The position numbers and the translations under genes were made by a program. From Gekko japonicus (taxonomy: Eukaryota), in assembly GCF_001447785.1 (NCBI RefSeq), contig NW_015177022.1:505982-569981 (forward strand): a DNA stretch of 64,000 bases, given 5' to 3'. Position 1 is the stretch's first letter, and each line of letters opens with the position of its first letter. The notes under the pieces are model-generated. The model had not been told where the DNA came from and ran no database searches. It saw nothing but the letters and a program-made list of their open reading frames with translations. Positions 1 through 12,551 of this stretch are shown here, in pieces.

Positions 1-291
1 GCTGCTCGCCATTTGTTTTGCTCTACTCTGTTGCTACCCATCAGCAAGTCGATATCAGAGACAAGGACTCAGTGCTGCTAAGTAAGCTGGAGGGAAGTTC
101 TGAGACATTCCAAAGGGCCACAGATACCACCTGCTCAAGCCATGGGTAATTCCACACAACTGACTTCATGCTTAGGTAGGAAGCACATATGTAATTGCAT
201 TCAATATGACAAAGTCCTGAAGAAGGGTGGCATGGATCCTGCCACTATCCTATCATTTGCTTTTCAAGATTTCCTTCAGCCTAAAGTATTT

Positions 292-454
292 TAGGATGGC
301 AAACCCTGGGTTGGAAAATTCCTGGTGATTTGGGGATGGTGCCTGGAGAGAGCGGGGCTTGTGGAGGGGAGGACCCTCAGTAGGGCATAATTCCATAGAG
401 ATAAATTTTAATAGGGGAATATCTCCAGGTGCTATCTGGACGTTGGCAACACTA
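292..454 (-). mobile_element. Non-autonomous hAT-like MITE (TAGGGTTGCCA TIR family), internally deleted
   Basis: Degenerate ends TAGGATGGCAA...TTGGCAACACTA; body homologous to 47442-47647. Confidence 0.6.
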
Positions 455-1604
455 GTACTTACAGAATGTTGCTTTGGATTTGGAGTCTGTTTTAGGATAG
501 CAATAGCACTGGATCACACATGACAGAAGTGGAGAAATATTTAAAGGATTAATTTACTTGCAAAGTTATCCAGTACACAGAGGAGGTGGTATTGCCTAGT
601 AACTAACTGGGCCTAGAAGTTTATTCTTCCAGGTTTGTTTGTTGTTGTTGTTTTTGCTTGTTTCCTCCTTTGGTGCTTGCTGGATCTGCTGCAGGCCAGG
701 AGAGAGGTCTGTGCTCTACCTGAGTAGTTATCTGTTCTGTGTGACTGAAAGTTAAGTAATTTTTTTACTTCTTGAAAGAATCTTCAGCCTGGATGGGTTC
801 ATTTGCAACAGTACAACATCTTTCAATTTGAACTGCATTATCCTCAGGTGCCTTTAGCTCAGTGACTTGATTCCCTGCTATTAAGACTGATTTCAGAGCT
901 GAGCCTACACTGAGTAGGGGTGTCACTGAAAAGAGAACTCCTTCCAAAGCTAAAGAGGTGTTAGTCATTAGAGAACTCCCACCACTGTATACAGACTGAC
1001 GTCTCCATTGCCTACCTGTGTGCCTGTAAGATGAAAGAGCAAATTGAGCTGTCTGTGAGGAGAAGTGGGTGGCAAATCAATGGGTTATTTTGTAGTGCAA
1101 ATGTCTTCAGAGGAAAACGCTCACGAAGGGTAGCGGGCGAATGCAGGGAGACAGTAAATGCTGATGGACCCTTCCTAGTCTACAGCATATGATCAGATGT
1201 TTCATAGAGCCCACAACATAGGGCAAGTGTGCCAGTTCTGGTGGCCAAACCACAAACCCAGAAATTCTTTCTGTCTTTCAGATTCCAAAACAGTGAGAAG
1301 GGATGAAGCCACTGCACTTCCCACATGATCCCTGCACTGATCCTGTCAGCCAGAGTCTTCTTCCTACTTGCCGTACAGGAAAGAGAGATGAGTGGGTGAA
1401 AGAACTGGATGAAGGAGCTGAAAGACATAGCAGCAGCATCTTTCAGATCTGGGTTGTGAGCTGGCAACCCTTATTGGCGCACTTGTCTTACATTAAGAGA
1501 ACAAAGGATTTGTGATGAGCAGGTCAAAAGGGTAAAGGGACATGTGGTGTGTATTCATGTGCCCTGGCAAAGGACGTTTGAAACTTTGAAGTCATTTTGA
1601 AATA

Positions 1605-1815
1605 TTTATTTATTTAGTAACTTATACCTTGCTTTTCTTACCAAATGGGGATCCAAACAGTTTATAAAGGTTGTTCTCCCATCCCCTGTTTCACCCTCAC
1701 ACAAACACTCTGTGCAGGTGACTGGGCCAAATTTGCCCATAAAAACCTCCATGGCAGAGCGGGAATTTGAATTCGGGTCTCCCACATCCTAGTCCAACAC
1801 ACTAACCCCTACACC
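1605..1815 (-). mobile_element. Old MIR/Squam3-like CORE SINE
   Basis: Reverse tRNA head (..TCCTAGTCCAACACACTAACCCCTACACCA), core and TTTA tail. Confidence 0.65.
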
Positions 1816-2254
1816 AGGCAAATATAAATTTCCAGACTATTCATAAAACATGTGATACAGTTACATTTTTATAGTCACAACATTAACAAAATGTTCAGAA
1901 TTTCAAAATCAGCAAGGTTGTGATCTCCAGTCAAATACAGATCATGAACTTGTGGAAGCCAAGAAGAGGATAACACCAGTTGACAAGGTGGAACTGAAGG
2001 GTATTATACATCTAATAACTCTGAACTGACCCCATGTAGATCAGAAAACCCAAAGAATGGAGCCAGGTACAGATAGGGGATGCTACAGGTTAGCAGGAAA
2101 AAAATACAAAAAAAAGAACAAAATGAAGGCTTTGGGGAAAGGCTGAGATTGATGCTATGCTGTGAAATCTTGGCCACCATTTTAAGAGAGGTGGGCAGGA
2201 GAGTAGGAGGTGGGTGGAAGAGGACAGTTAGGAGCTGCAGGGCTGAGAGAATTC

Positions 2255-2390
2255 TGCAAGAACTGCTCTGAGAGTACTGTGACTGACCCAAGGTCACCCA
2301 GCAGCGGCATGTGGAGGAGCAGGGAATCAAACCCGGTTCTCCCAGATTAGAGTCCGCTGCTTTTAACTACTGCACCACGCTGGCTCTCAG
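2255..2390 (-). mobile_element. Young Squam3-like CORE SINE, 5' part
   Basis: Reverse complement of the head of 16801-17085. Confidence 0.75.
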
Positions 2391-2789
2391 CAGGTGTCAG
2401 CACTGTAGGTGGGAGGAAGGAGGAGGAGGAGAGTGGGGAAGGGGGAGCTGCTACTGCTGAGCAGGAGGGAAGGATGGGATTCTCCACCTTCCAGTCTCAC
2501 GGATCCCCTGATTGTGTTACCTTATTCCAAAAGCATTGTAGACTCCTAACTTCAAGCCAGCCCCTATCACCATGGGAAAGCTGCCTTTTTCTTCTAGAAC
2601 TGGAAGTGAAGACAGACATGACATCTAAAGAGAAGTCAGAGTTCTTCACCTGCAGTCTGTGCCCCACTTCCTTGTAGCTTCACAAGCAATTTGTGCAACA
2701 TGGGTTCTTTCTGTCTAGTTGAATGTGAGGCCGGCAATAAGTCTTAGCCCTCCCTCATACTTCAGGTGGACTGCTCACCTCTATTCTTA

Positions 2790-3620
2790 AAACACCCTCT
2801 GTATATTTATGACCCAGACAAGACTGAGGACTGGCGCTATCATTCAGTGACAAAGCTGCCTGAGAATGGAGGAGTCCGCCAGCCCTGGAGGAGGCTGCTT
2901 TCCCCCTGAAGAAAGAGGTGCATAGTTTGGAGGTGTTGCTGGATCCTGCTGGCCTATGGCTGGAGGCCCAAATCTTCTGCATGGGAGGTCGTGCTTTCTA
3001 TCAGCTTGGGCTGATATGCCAGCTATGGCTGTTTCTCAAAAGCATGCTCTGATCACATCCAGGTTGGATTGCTATAATGTGCTTCATGCGGGGCTGCCTT
3101 TGAAAACCTCCTGAAAACTTCAGTGGTTCCAGAATATGTGTGGCTGGATACAGGGATCATCTAACCGCTATGCTGAAAGACCTGCAATTCCTGGCTGTCA
3201 GTTTCCAGGCAGAAGTCAAAGTGCTGGTTCTGGCCCTAAACAGTTTGAAGCTGGGGTACTTGAAGGACCACCTCCTTCCTGCAGGTTACAATTCTCTTCC
3301 CAAGTCCTGCTCTCCTGGCCCCCACTTGCAGTGGTCAGATGAGTGCTGACCAGAAACCAGGATTTTTTTCTGTAGCACCTCATGTTTGGAACATGCCCCC
3401 CCCCCCAGGCTTGCCTGGTACATACTTCATTGTCTTTTAGGTGCTGGGCTTTTAACTGAAAGGTTACATATTTTTATGGTCTGCTTCTACCCTGTCATTT
3501 TATGGCTTGCTTTAATACTGACAATTTTTGCTGTTTTTATTATTTTATTATAATGTATTTCTACTGTGTGAGCTGCCTCACAGAAGTCTTTGGAGAGGGA
3601 GCATGTAAATGTTCTAAGTA
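2790..3620 (+). mobile_element. L2 LINE 3' fragment (degenerate ORF2 end and tail)
   Basis: TCCAGGTTGGATTGCTATAAT..GGGCTGCCTTTGAAA..AAACTTCAGTGGTTCCAGAAT resembles SRLDYCN..GLPLK..KLQLVQN; tail TGTGAGCTGCCT..GAGGGAGCATGTAAAT. Confidence 0.75.
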
Positions 3621-4894
3621 CATAATTCATTTACATTTTTACTGTTCATCTTGTTAAAAAAAAAGAACATTTTAAGCATACTTGCAGACATGTACTAAAA
3701 GGATCATGGGTCCTGGTAACGGCATGGACACTAGCCAGTTGGTACCATCCACTCCTCACTTTTAATGAAGCCATGCAGAACTCTCCCCTCCCCACATAAT
3801 ACTTTTCAGAACTTGACTCTGGAGACCAAAGCAAATCTAATCTGGATGCTCCCAAGCTAGTATCCCAGTTCAACAAATGTTTCTTCACTTCCTCTTTTCA
3901 TTTGCCCAGTTGAAGATCTTTTTAAAACAAATTAAAGGCAGTGTAGGCACCCCCATCCCCCAAAATCAATATCTCTGCAAATTAATTTTCTTCTTTCCTC
4001 ATCAGCTGTTTGAAACGGATGAAGAATTAGAATGTCAACTGTAACTGAACTGATATTAATAAAACAGTTGAAAGCTTGCCAAGAAAAGCATTACTGTGGT
4101 GATAACTCATTAACCCAAAGCAAAGAGCCAGTGCATCGTAAGAAAACCTTTGTCAAGCTGCTCACCCAAAGCTAAATCATGTCTGAGTATGCTCCTTTAA
4201 TGATCATCCAAAGATGTTCATAATGAGAAACTACTTACCAAGTCCCCCTTACTATGAGAAGGATCTAAGAGTTTTTGAACCCAGAACTACAAAAAACAAA
4301 CCAGCTAACCAATCCCAGATCTGAGATCAGATGTTTATAAAATGGGGATTTATGGAACATTTTTCCAAAAGAGGTAGAACAGCTCCTTTGGACACTGAGA
4401 CTTCAGAGATTAATACAGAGCCTTCGGTCATAAGCGTTAATAAGACAAACACTCACATAAAGTAATGTTTTCTGAGAGTTGCCCAAAGATATAGGAGCTA
4501 GTCCAGAAAGGTTTCTTCAATCTTGTCATTGAATAAAACAGACTGCACTGAAACAGTTCAATTTATCAACACAGAACACATCACCTCCATTATTGGTACT
4601 TGAATGCTAACAAAGAACTGTAGATTCCCCACCCACCAACTCAATGCACATCCACAATGATACCTTCTTCAATCTGCCTACTGAAAAGGGATTCTGATGT
4701 CATCACACTTGGCTCCATGGGATCACTTTGGAATGACTCTCCCAATTTCCGTGACCTAGAGAGAATGTATAAGGAGGGCAGTAAGGCTGGCACAGTATTC
4801 TGCAAGCACTGGGTTCATTCTTGAGCAGAGTTTGACTATACAAGGAATGGAATGGTGTATTTTACGGAGAAAACGTTACTGCAGAAACAAACAA

Positions 4895-5025
4895 GCATCT
4901 AACAGATTTATTGTGGCATCAACTTTCATGGTCTAGAGCCCACTTTTATCAGATTCATCCATTCAAAGACATACATATTGCAAATGCACTTTATGCATTT
5001 GATGAGGTGGGTGCTAGTCCACACA
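4895..5025. mobile_element. Penelope-like 3' remnants with two degenerate hammerhead motifs in opposite orientation
   Basis: - strand CTGATAAAAGTGGGCTCTAGACCATGAAAGTTGATGCCACAATAAATCTGTTAG; + strand TTGATGAGGTGGGTGCTAGTCCAC. Confidence 0.55.
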
Positions 5026-6244
5026 CAGAGATATAGACACATTTAGAGACAACCTGTAAACAGTGGAGTCATGAAAAGCATGAAATACATGGTGTGACTT
5101 TTTATGTAAAATTCAAATGTATTCGGGACAAGCACAGAAACCCAGTAATTGGGAATAACCTGGTCTCCCCCACTTTGGTAAGCTGATGGACACCTGTAGT
5201 GGGCGAAACATACCTGGGTTTTATTCAAGCCTTTGAAAAAACAGTAAAGTTTCTTAACAAATTCTCCTTCAGCAGCATCCTGTTGGAGTCTTCCAAGAAA
5301 GTCCTTTTATTCATAGGATTTTTTAAACAATGTTTTGAGTGATTGCTTATTTATGTCAGATTTGTGGACAGTATAGTGGAGTTGATCACCCATTTCTGGA
5401 AAGAACTGGGCACGATCCAACAAGAAGCTGGTGCCCTGTCCCTAGAATTTACAACCAGTTCCATCATCACATTCCCACCCATCTAAGCCTTCCTTGCTAT
5501 TGTCCACTGCAGTGGAGATAAAGCTCACATGGAAACTGTCAGAAAGATAGCCAGATGCTCTTATGGCCATGCTACTCTAGGTTTGGGTTCCTAAATCCTC
5601 ATCTCCTACAGAAACTAAGCCTAGAAATGTGTAACAGTATTGGATGCATATTCTCCTCCCTCTCACCTCCCCATGTATTCAATTCTGTTTGAGTCCAGTG
5701 GGGTTTGTTGCTTTTTTCTTTTTTTTTACTATAACATCTTTCAATTTGATCTTGTTTTCTTATGCTGGTTTAGGCCATATGCTGTTGTTTTCTGTTTTAA
5801 AGATTGTTCTTCAGTTTGTATGATCCATATAGGGCAATATTTTAACTGCGGTTGCTTTAAATTTTAAACAGTTGATTTATGTCACTTTGCCATGCATTTT
5901 GTGATTGCCTGTTTCAGATCTTCTTGGGGGCTTGTTTTTTTCCTTGGGTTGTTCTGTAAAGGGCCATGCACATTGATGACACTAAATAAGTAATAAACTG
6001 TACATACTGATGCACATTAAGTATAATGAGCAAAGAGCCATTATGCACAGCAAAAGGAAAATGGGACAAGAATGATTCCATAGCCTGGCTTTAATGCCTA
6101 CCAGGTGGCCAAGGGAATGACTCAGGGCTCAAATCTCCAAGACTTTGTAGCCATCTAAGGCCAAATGGGTGGCCCCAAGAACTCAGGCCTTTTCAGCAGC
6201 TGACACCCAGCTCTAGAATACCTTTCCCAGCTCTTTACTTCTTC

Positions 6245-6560
6245 TTTTTTTAAATCATTTTTATTAATTTTAAATTAAAGCACAATACAGCGTAATACAG
6301 TGCATCCATCTACCAGAATGTCATCTAAATGGAGGGGGTCTGAACCTACAAGGTTAACCACTTCAGATAAAGAGGGTTAGGGGGGAGAATATCCAGAACC
6401 TGTAAATAGGAGACCACAGGGAACCAAGTTGACACAAATGCAGAGTGGTGTGGGGTATCTGATTGTGCACATCTGAGCGAATCAGCAATTTTTGCCATGA
6501 CCAGGTGTTCCCATAGCTTGTCTTTACTTCTGGTGCCTGGTCCATCACCTGTCTATTTTT
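6245..6560 (-). mobile_element. L1-clade LINE 3' end
   Basis: Minus strand encodes KLWEHLVMAK and LWSPIYRFW (L1 ORF2 C-terminal pattern), then AATAAA and A-rich tail. Confidence 0.55.
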
Positions 6561-8231
6561 ATTTGGCTTTCCACTAGGTCATTTATCAATCTTGTTTTCT
6601 CTTACTTTTGCTTTTGGTCTGCATTGTGCTGTTTCAGGAATTTGCTTTCTAATTTGCTGGTTTTTTAATAAGTCTAGTGGTTTGTATATCGTTGACTATA
6701 TTATATCCAGGCTGCCTTTAGATAGGAATTGCAATCAATCAATCAATCAATCAATCAATGTCTTTACACGGTCCCCCCTCGGAAACTATGTGATTGGTAA
6801 TTGCCGTGAGCACTTCATCGGAGAGACAAGATGCGGAAGCTTTAAACTGAGTAAATAAATATTTGAATGGGGCCAACCGGCTTCTGAAATCCTGTCTCAT
6901 TAACAGAGTGTGGAGGGGGGAGCATGGTAACATGTCATATAGTGTGAAGAGGGAATGTGCACAAAGGAAGTCTTACACTGACAAAACCTCCGTGTCTGAG
7001 GGTCTCCACTTGTAAGATCAAAAGAAGATAGCTGAAGGAACTTCTGTCCATCAGCACTGACTGGGGATGGGTTCACACTTCTGCATTTATAGCAAACATT
7101 TTTAAAGGCATATTTTGTTTAGATATGGGGTTAGATCCAGTGATCTGCAGATGCTAGGATCACAGATGTTTCGTGTCTTCCCCTCCCCTTGGCAGTCCAT
7201 GTGGGACCCACATGGACTAATAGCTTTGCAGGTTGGGAGACTGCATTGGGGAAGGTGGGGGGTGGAGAAATTGCTACACTTATGGAGGAGACACAAAGAG
7301 CAATTTCATCCCCCTTCCCACTGCAGGCTTCCAGCCCACATAGCCATTAGATATTGCAGGTCCTTCAACCCTGGGGATAAACTTTCCTGGGTTTTGAAAG
7401 CACTGCTGAGGGGAAAGCAGGAAAGATCCATAAACATCTGTGTCTTCGGCTGATGAACTGCTAGCTCCAACTCAATGTGTGCCCTCTTTTTCAATCTGTT
7501 GCTTATCCACAGCGTAGTCTGAAGAAACTGTTACCCAATATGGAAGCATACATGTGCACACAAGGGTTATGGTTCTGTGGCAGAAGGCATACAGATAGTC
7601 CCAGGTTTAATCTCTTCCATTCCCATCCAAAGAGCCTCCAGAATCACATGCTGGGAAAGTCCATTCTGTAATCAAAGATATAAAATTTCCAGAATTTTTA
7701 AAACTGGGGCAGGGAGGTTTGCCTCTGTTTTTTTGGGGATAGGGGTGGAAATTTGGGGTAACATTGCAATCTGTACAATACATACTTTCCTATCAAACCT
7801 AAACCTGCTTGAACAACAAAAATTGCATCATTTATAGCTTTATAAAATTGTACTGACTGGCATATTTATGGAATTTAATAGTATAAATGCCCTAGTTCTC
7901 TCCCAGCAAGACTGCAAATATGTCTGATACAGAAGCTGCAAACTGCTGCATCTTATGCTGTCTTAGCATGTTTCACTAACTCCAAACAAAACAAAAGCTG
8001 TTTCTTATAAATTCTTTTTCAGTGCTTCCCAAATTTTCCACTGTTTCCATTGGGATTTTTTAATCTTCAGGGGGGAAATGGGGGAAAACTCCCCTGCCCC
8101 AATCCTTCACATTCTCTATGACACAGTCCCAGGAATGGCTGCCACCTCAGAGTAGTCAATGCTAAGCTAGATGGATTGATATCTAACTTGGTATAATGTA
8201 GTTTCTCTGGGAGAGCCCATAGCTCAGTGGA

Positions 8232-8398
8232 GCCCTGACCCATGTAGTCCAGGCTAGCCCAATCCTGTCAGATCTTGGAAGCTAAGCAGAGTCGGCCCTG
8301 ACTAGGATTTGGATGGGTGACCTCCAAGGAATACCAGGGGCATGATGCAGAGGCAGGCAATGGCAAACCACCTCTGAAACGTCTCTTGCCTTTAAAAC
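8232..8398 (+). mobile_element. 5S rRNA-derived SINE with RTE/Bov-B-like tail
   Basis: CAGATCTTGGAAGCTAAGCAGAGTCGGCCCTGACTAGGATTTGGATGGGTGACCTCCAAGGAATACCAGGG matches the 5S internal control region; then GGCAATGGCAAACCACCTCTG..TCTCTTGCCTT. Confidence 0.8.
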
Positions 8399-9417
8399 AA
8401 GTCTAGCTTGCCACTTAGTGGTGCATCATGCTAAAAAGAGATAGAACTTCTGGCTGCAAGACAATCTTAGGATCTCCTGGCTATACTACACACACTGCCA
8501 TACAATCATCATCATCATCTCAGTGGAATAGCAAAGGCTCTGTAAATTCAGTCCCTGGCAACTGCAGTTGAAGGCTCTCGTGTCACAGCTCTTGGGGAAA
8601 GATCTTGCTTTGTCTGAAAGCTGCTGAGAATCAAAATGGGCAGTAGTCAACTAAGGTATGTTCAAATGATGCTTGAATTTTGGCACATGTGCCTGCAGAG
8701 ATGCTTTACTGCTTTAATAGCTTGCCCTCCAGAAGAAGGAGGGGATGAATACCCGTTTGTACCATGGCCCTCCACCCTTGCGAGACCTCTTCAAATTACA
8801 GCATTCTGTAGTCTTCTGCCTGCTTTTCCCCTAACCCCAAACAAGGATTCAGTTCTGCAGTGTCATTGCAGACAGTTAATTCTCTCTCCACAAATCAATT
8901 ACACACATCCCCAGGAAGAACAATTAACCTAGATACAAATGAGACTTGCAGGAGGAAATGTTTCTTTGCCTGGTTCCTTCTTGAAGAAATGCTATCTTCT
9001 ACAGGGAAGTGCACTCCATTTTTATCTCCCTCTGGCAAAGGCGAGTCGATAAATGAAAAAGTCAAGTGCCACAAGGAAAAGGCCAATGGGTGGTGTCTGG
9101 TTACTTTCTGAATAATGAATATGCCTGAACAGAGGAGAGCACAGAAGGACTGGTGTCGAGCCTTCCACCAAACACTCGAATAGCAAACACTGCCAATTCA
9201 CCTCCATTGTCAAATGGAGGCAGGATATATACAGCTTCCAAAGGAGCTTAAATTAGAGCAGAGAGAGAGTTGGTCAGACAAGGGAGTTTCCAAGTCAACT
9301 ATCAAATGTGTTTATAAAATAATTTTCTCCCAGTGTTTCCATATAGGCTTACAACTTAGATATTAAGATCGAGGGGAAGCACTGCATAAACCAGTCCATT
9401 TGTCCCACTGAGAACAG

Positions 9418-9752
9418 TTGCGGCTCAGTATAGAACATGTGTTTGCATGCCAACCACATTTTCACCCTGCCCTTCCTTCAAGGAACTCAGGGGGACTTAT
9501 ATGGTTCTTTCCATTTTATCTTCAGAACAACCCTGTGAGGTAGTTTAGACTAAGGGAGTGACCGGTCCAAGGTCATCCTGTGTACTTTGCATGAGGATCC
9601 AGTTTCCATCTTTGGTTAAAGACTGGTGGGTTTTAGGGAGAGAAAGTCCTTCCCACCGTGCTGAAGAAATGCTACTGCCGGTCAGAAAAGGAAATACTGA
9701 GTGAAAGGCTCAACCAGTGGCCTGACTCAGTATAAAGCAGCTTTATGTATTT
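9418..9752 (+). mobile_element. tRNA-derived SINE interrupted by an antisense CORE-SINE fragment (about 9451-9585)
   Basis: Head GGCTCAGTATAGAACATGTGTTTGCATG, tail CTGACTCAGTATAAAGCAGCTTTATGT; TTTGCATG duplicated around the insert. Confidence 0.55.
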
Positions 9753-9987
9753 GGAAGGAGGGTGATGACTTTTTGTGGCTCAGTGGTAGTACATACATTT
9801 CGCAAGCAGAAGAGAGCAGATTGAGAGAGCAATCCTAAGCAGGTCTACTCCAAATTGTAGTCAGGTCTATTCAGTGGCGCTTACTTCCAGAAAAGTGTTC
9901 TTTAGAAAGTCTCCCGGGGGGTGTGTGTGTAATAACTTGTAATAAGTGTTATAATAACTTGTAATTCAGCAATTTCCCTTTCCAGTC

Positions 9988-11630
9988 AAATCATTTTTTT
10001 TTATTTTACAGTCAATGACCAGCATACACAAAGGTTTACATAAAATCAAACAATCACATTTCACAGCATTAAGAAATCACTCAAGCTACCGTGTGCATTT
10101 TCTGATTTTTATACACCTGTGTGCAAAATGTAGCCATTATTTGGGTTGTGCCATGGTTCATATCAGACAAAAGATAATCTAGTTTAATTTTATTTGATCT
10201 GCCAGGGAACCTTCCGATCAGCGGCTCAGTAAGTTTTGACCAGATTTCTCTGTGCCTAGGGCAATTAAAGAAAATATGTTCCACTGAATCAATTTCCTTT
10301 AAAGAGCAAGAACAGAGCCTATGCACAAAGGGGACTGATTTAAACCTGCCTTCCAAAACAGCAGAAGGTAGAGTTGAACGTCTTGCCAATGTAAAAGTGA
10401 TGTAATTCCTTCTGGAATTATTTGATTCAAAAAAATATAGATATGCATCAGGAGCAGCAACAATCTAGAACTTGGAGTAGATATAAAACCTGGTGTTCTA
10501 TGAATATCCATTTGTCTTTCTATATCTGTCACTCTTTGTTTAATAAGTGATTTGGCTTGGTATAACCCTTAGTTCAAAAGTGCTTGGGGAGATAAGCCAA
10601 GTTTTCCAATGGTTTCCAAAACTGCTTTCTGCCAACTAGACTGAAAAGAGTCTTGGAGAGTTAGGGGGAACAACCCTTGTCGATTAGTGTCCCCTGACAG
10701 CCATTTGTAGATCGATAGCATACCAATTCTTGCTTCGACCCGAATCATTCCGGTCTCTAGTCTGACCCAGGAGTTTGGTACATATTTGGGCACTTGCAGT
10801 ATTGCCCTTAAGAATTTAGACTGCACTCTCTTGAGTGGAGAGAAAGAAGAGGATGGGGCCCCTAAAAATGTTCCATATAATAGCTGGGCCAACGATTTCG
10901 CTTTAAACAGTCTAAGAGCAGCCGGTACGTAGTGCCCTCCTTGTAACTTACAGAATTTAACTATGCTCTTCACTGTTTTTCCTCCTGTATCAGCTGCAGC
11001 TTTATTATGAATTGTTCTCACTCCAGAGGCTTGCAGGACTATTCCCAGATGTTTAAAACTGGTGACTTGTTCAAACTTATGACCTTGGAGCTCCCAATAT
11101 CTAATCTTTGGATTCTTCCCAAAAGCCATGACTTTGGTCTTCTGCTACTTAATCATGAGATATTTGGCTTCACAATAGGTAGCGAATTTTTTTTAGCGCT
11201 CATCTCAGCCCAGCAGGGGTTCTGGAAAGTAGTAGGGCATCATCTGCATATAGCAAAACTTGAATATGCCAATTTGCTATTTTAGGAGGGTAGAATCTGG
11301 GATCGTTTAAAAAATCTATCAGATCATTAATATAATAGATAAACAAATAGGGGGCTAAAAGGCAGCCCTGCCTAACCCCCTTAAATGTTTGGATGGGTTC
11401 AGTCAGATGCCCGTATCTCTAAGAGCTGTTTGCGCATGAATGGCCCTTATAAGAAACAGTAATCGCCTATCAATGGAGGAGTCCTGTAATTTTCCCCATA
11501 GGTGAGTTCTGTTAACTGTATCAAAGGCAGCTTTTAGGTCCACAAACGCTGCGTAGAGAGATGTTTGACCCCCCAGAAGCATATTTCTCAATTAGATGTT
11601 GCATCATTAAGCAGTGATCTAACATTGACC
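9988..11630 (-). mobile_element. 5'-truncated non-LTR retrotransposon (RTE-X-like) nested in the Penelope element
   Basis: RT motifs YAAFVDLKAAFDTV, GVRQGCLLAP, YADDA-like, FKHLG; C-terminal C-S-C..EHIFFNCP; A-rich tail; perfect 13-bp TSD TCCCTTTCCAGTC at 9975-9987 and 11631-11643. Confidence 0.85.
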
Positions 11631-12499
11631 TCCCTTTCCAGTCTGTTCCTGAATTTCCTTTTCAATAAAACAGCTACTTTGAGGTCACCCACTGAATGTC
11701 CTTGAAGGTTGAAGTGTTCTCTTACAGGTTTCTCAGTCTTGTGATTCATGATTTTCTGTCCATTTATGCTTTGGCACAGGGTTTAACCTGTTTGCCCTAT
11801 GCAGAGAACCAAAGGGCATTGTTGGTATTTCGTGGCATATACAATGTTAGAAGATGAGCATGTGAATAAGCCTGAGATGGTGTAGTTGATGTTGTTAGGC
11901 CCAGTGATTGTGTTGCCTGGGTATAGGTGGCAGCAAAGTTGGCATCTGGGTTTTTTTGCAAGCTCCGGTACCAGGACTTAACAGGGTTATTGGTTTCTTA
12001 TCTCAGTACATATTCAGTCCTTACATCTGTAGTCTCATCAAAAAGAGCTATATATCCTCTTTATTCTACTGTATTTCTTATTTGAAATAGTAGATTGGAA
12101 TACTGTTGTAATGTAATGTAATGAAGATTAGAATGTAATGTAATTTATAATGGCAGATTGGAAAGTATTCCTCTGGTCTGATGACAGAGGAGACATAACA
12201 CTGCGTAGTTACCTCCATGCTTGAGAGGAGAGAGAGGGAGCAAAACAACAGGGTCTCAGTTATTTACTCTTATCATTCCACACTTAAGTAGGATACATTT
12301 ACATATCAGTCTCCAATTTTGACATATTGATTTGCTTCACTGTGTTTCCCCCCCAGAATTAAATCCAAACAAATGGTGGCCATATAAACTTAGCTTGCTA
12401 TTCCTGTTTGGTCCTTGTATCTGTTCAAACATCTTCATTACGTTGTATGCTAATTTGCTGTTCACCCTCTACCTATATGTATGGACTGATAAGTTCCAT

Positions 12500-12551
12500 T
12501 TCAGTGTATCTGAGGAAGTGTGTACGTGCACATGAAAGCTCATATCTTGAA
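12500..12551 (+). ncRNA. Minimal type I hammerhead ribozyme motif in Penelope 3' end
   Basis: GTAT-CTGAGGA-A-GTGTG-TACGTG-CACAT-GAAA-GC-TC-ATAT: core CUGANGA/GAAA, stem II, palindromic AGCT in place of stem III, stem I GTAT/ATAT extended by TTCA/TGAA. Confidence 0.75.

Noticed and set aside
8255-8340. 5S rRNA gene
   Set aside because: Diverged, lacks native 5S ends and is fused to a LINE-like tail in several copies, so it is a SINE
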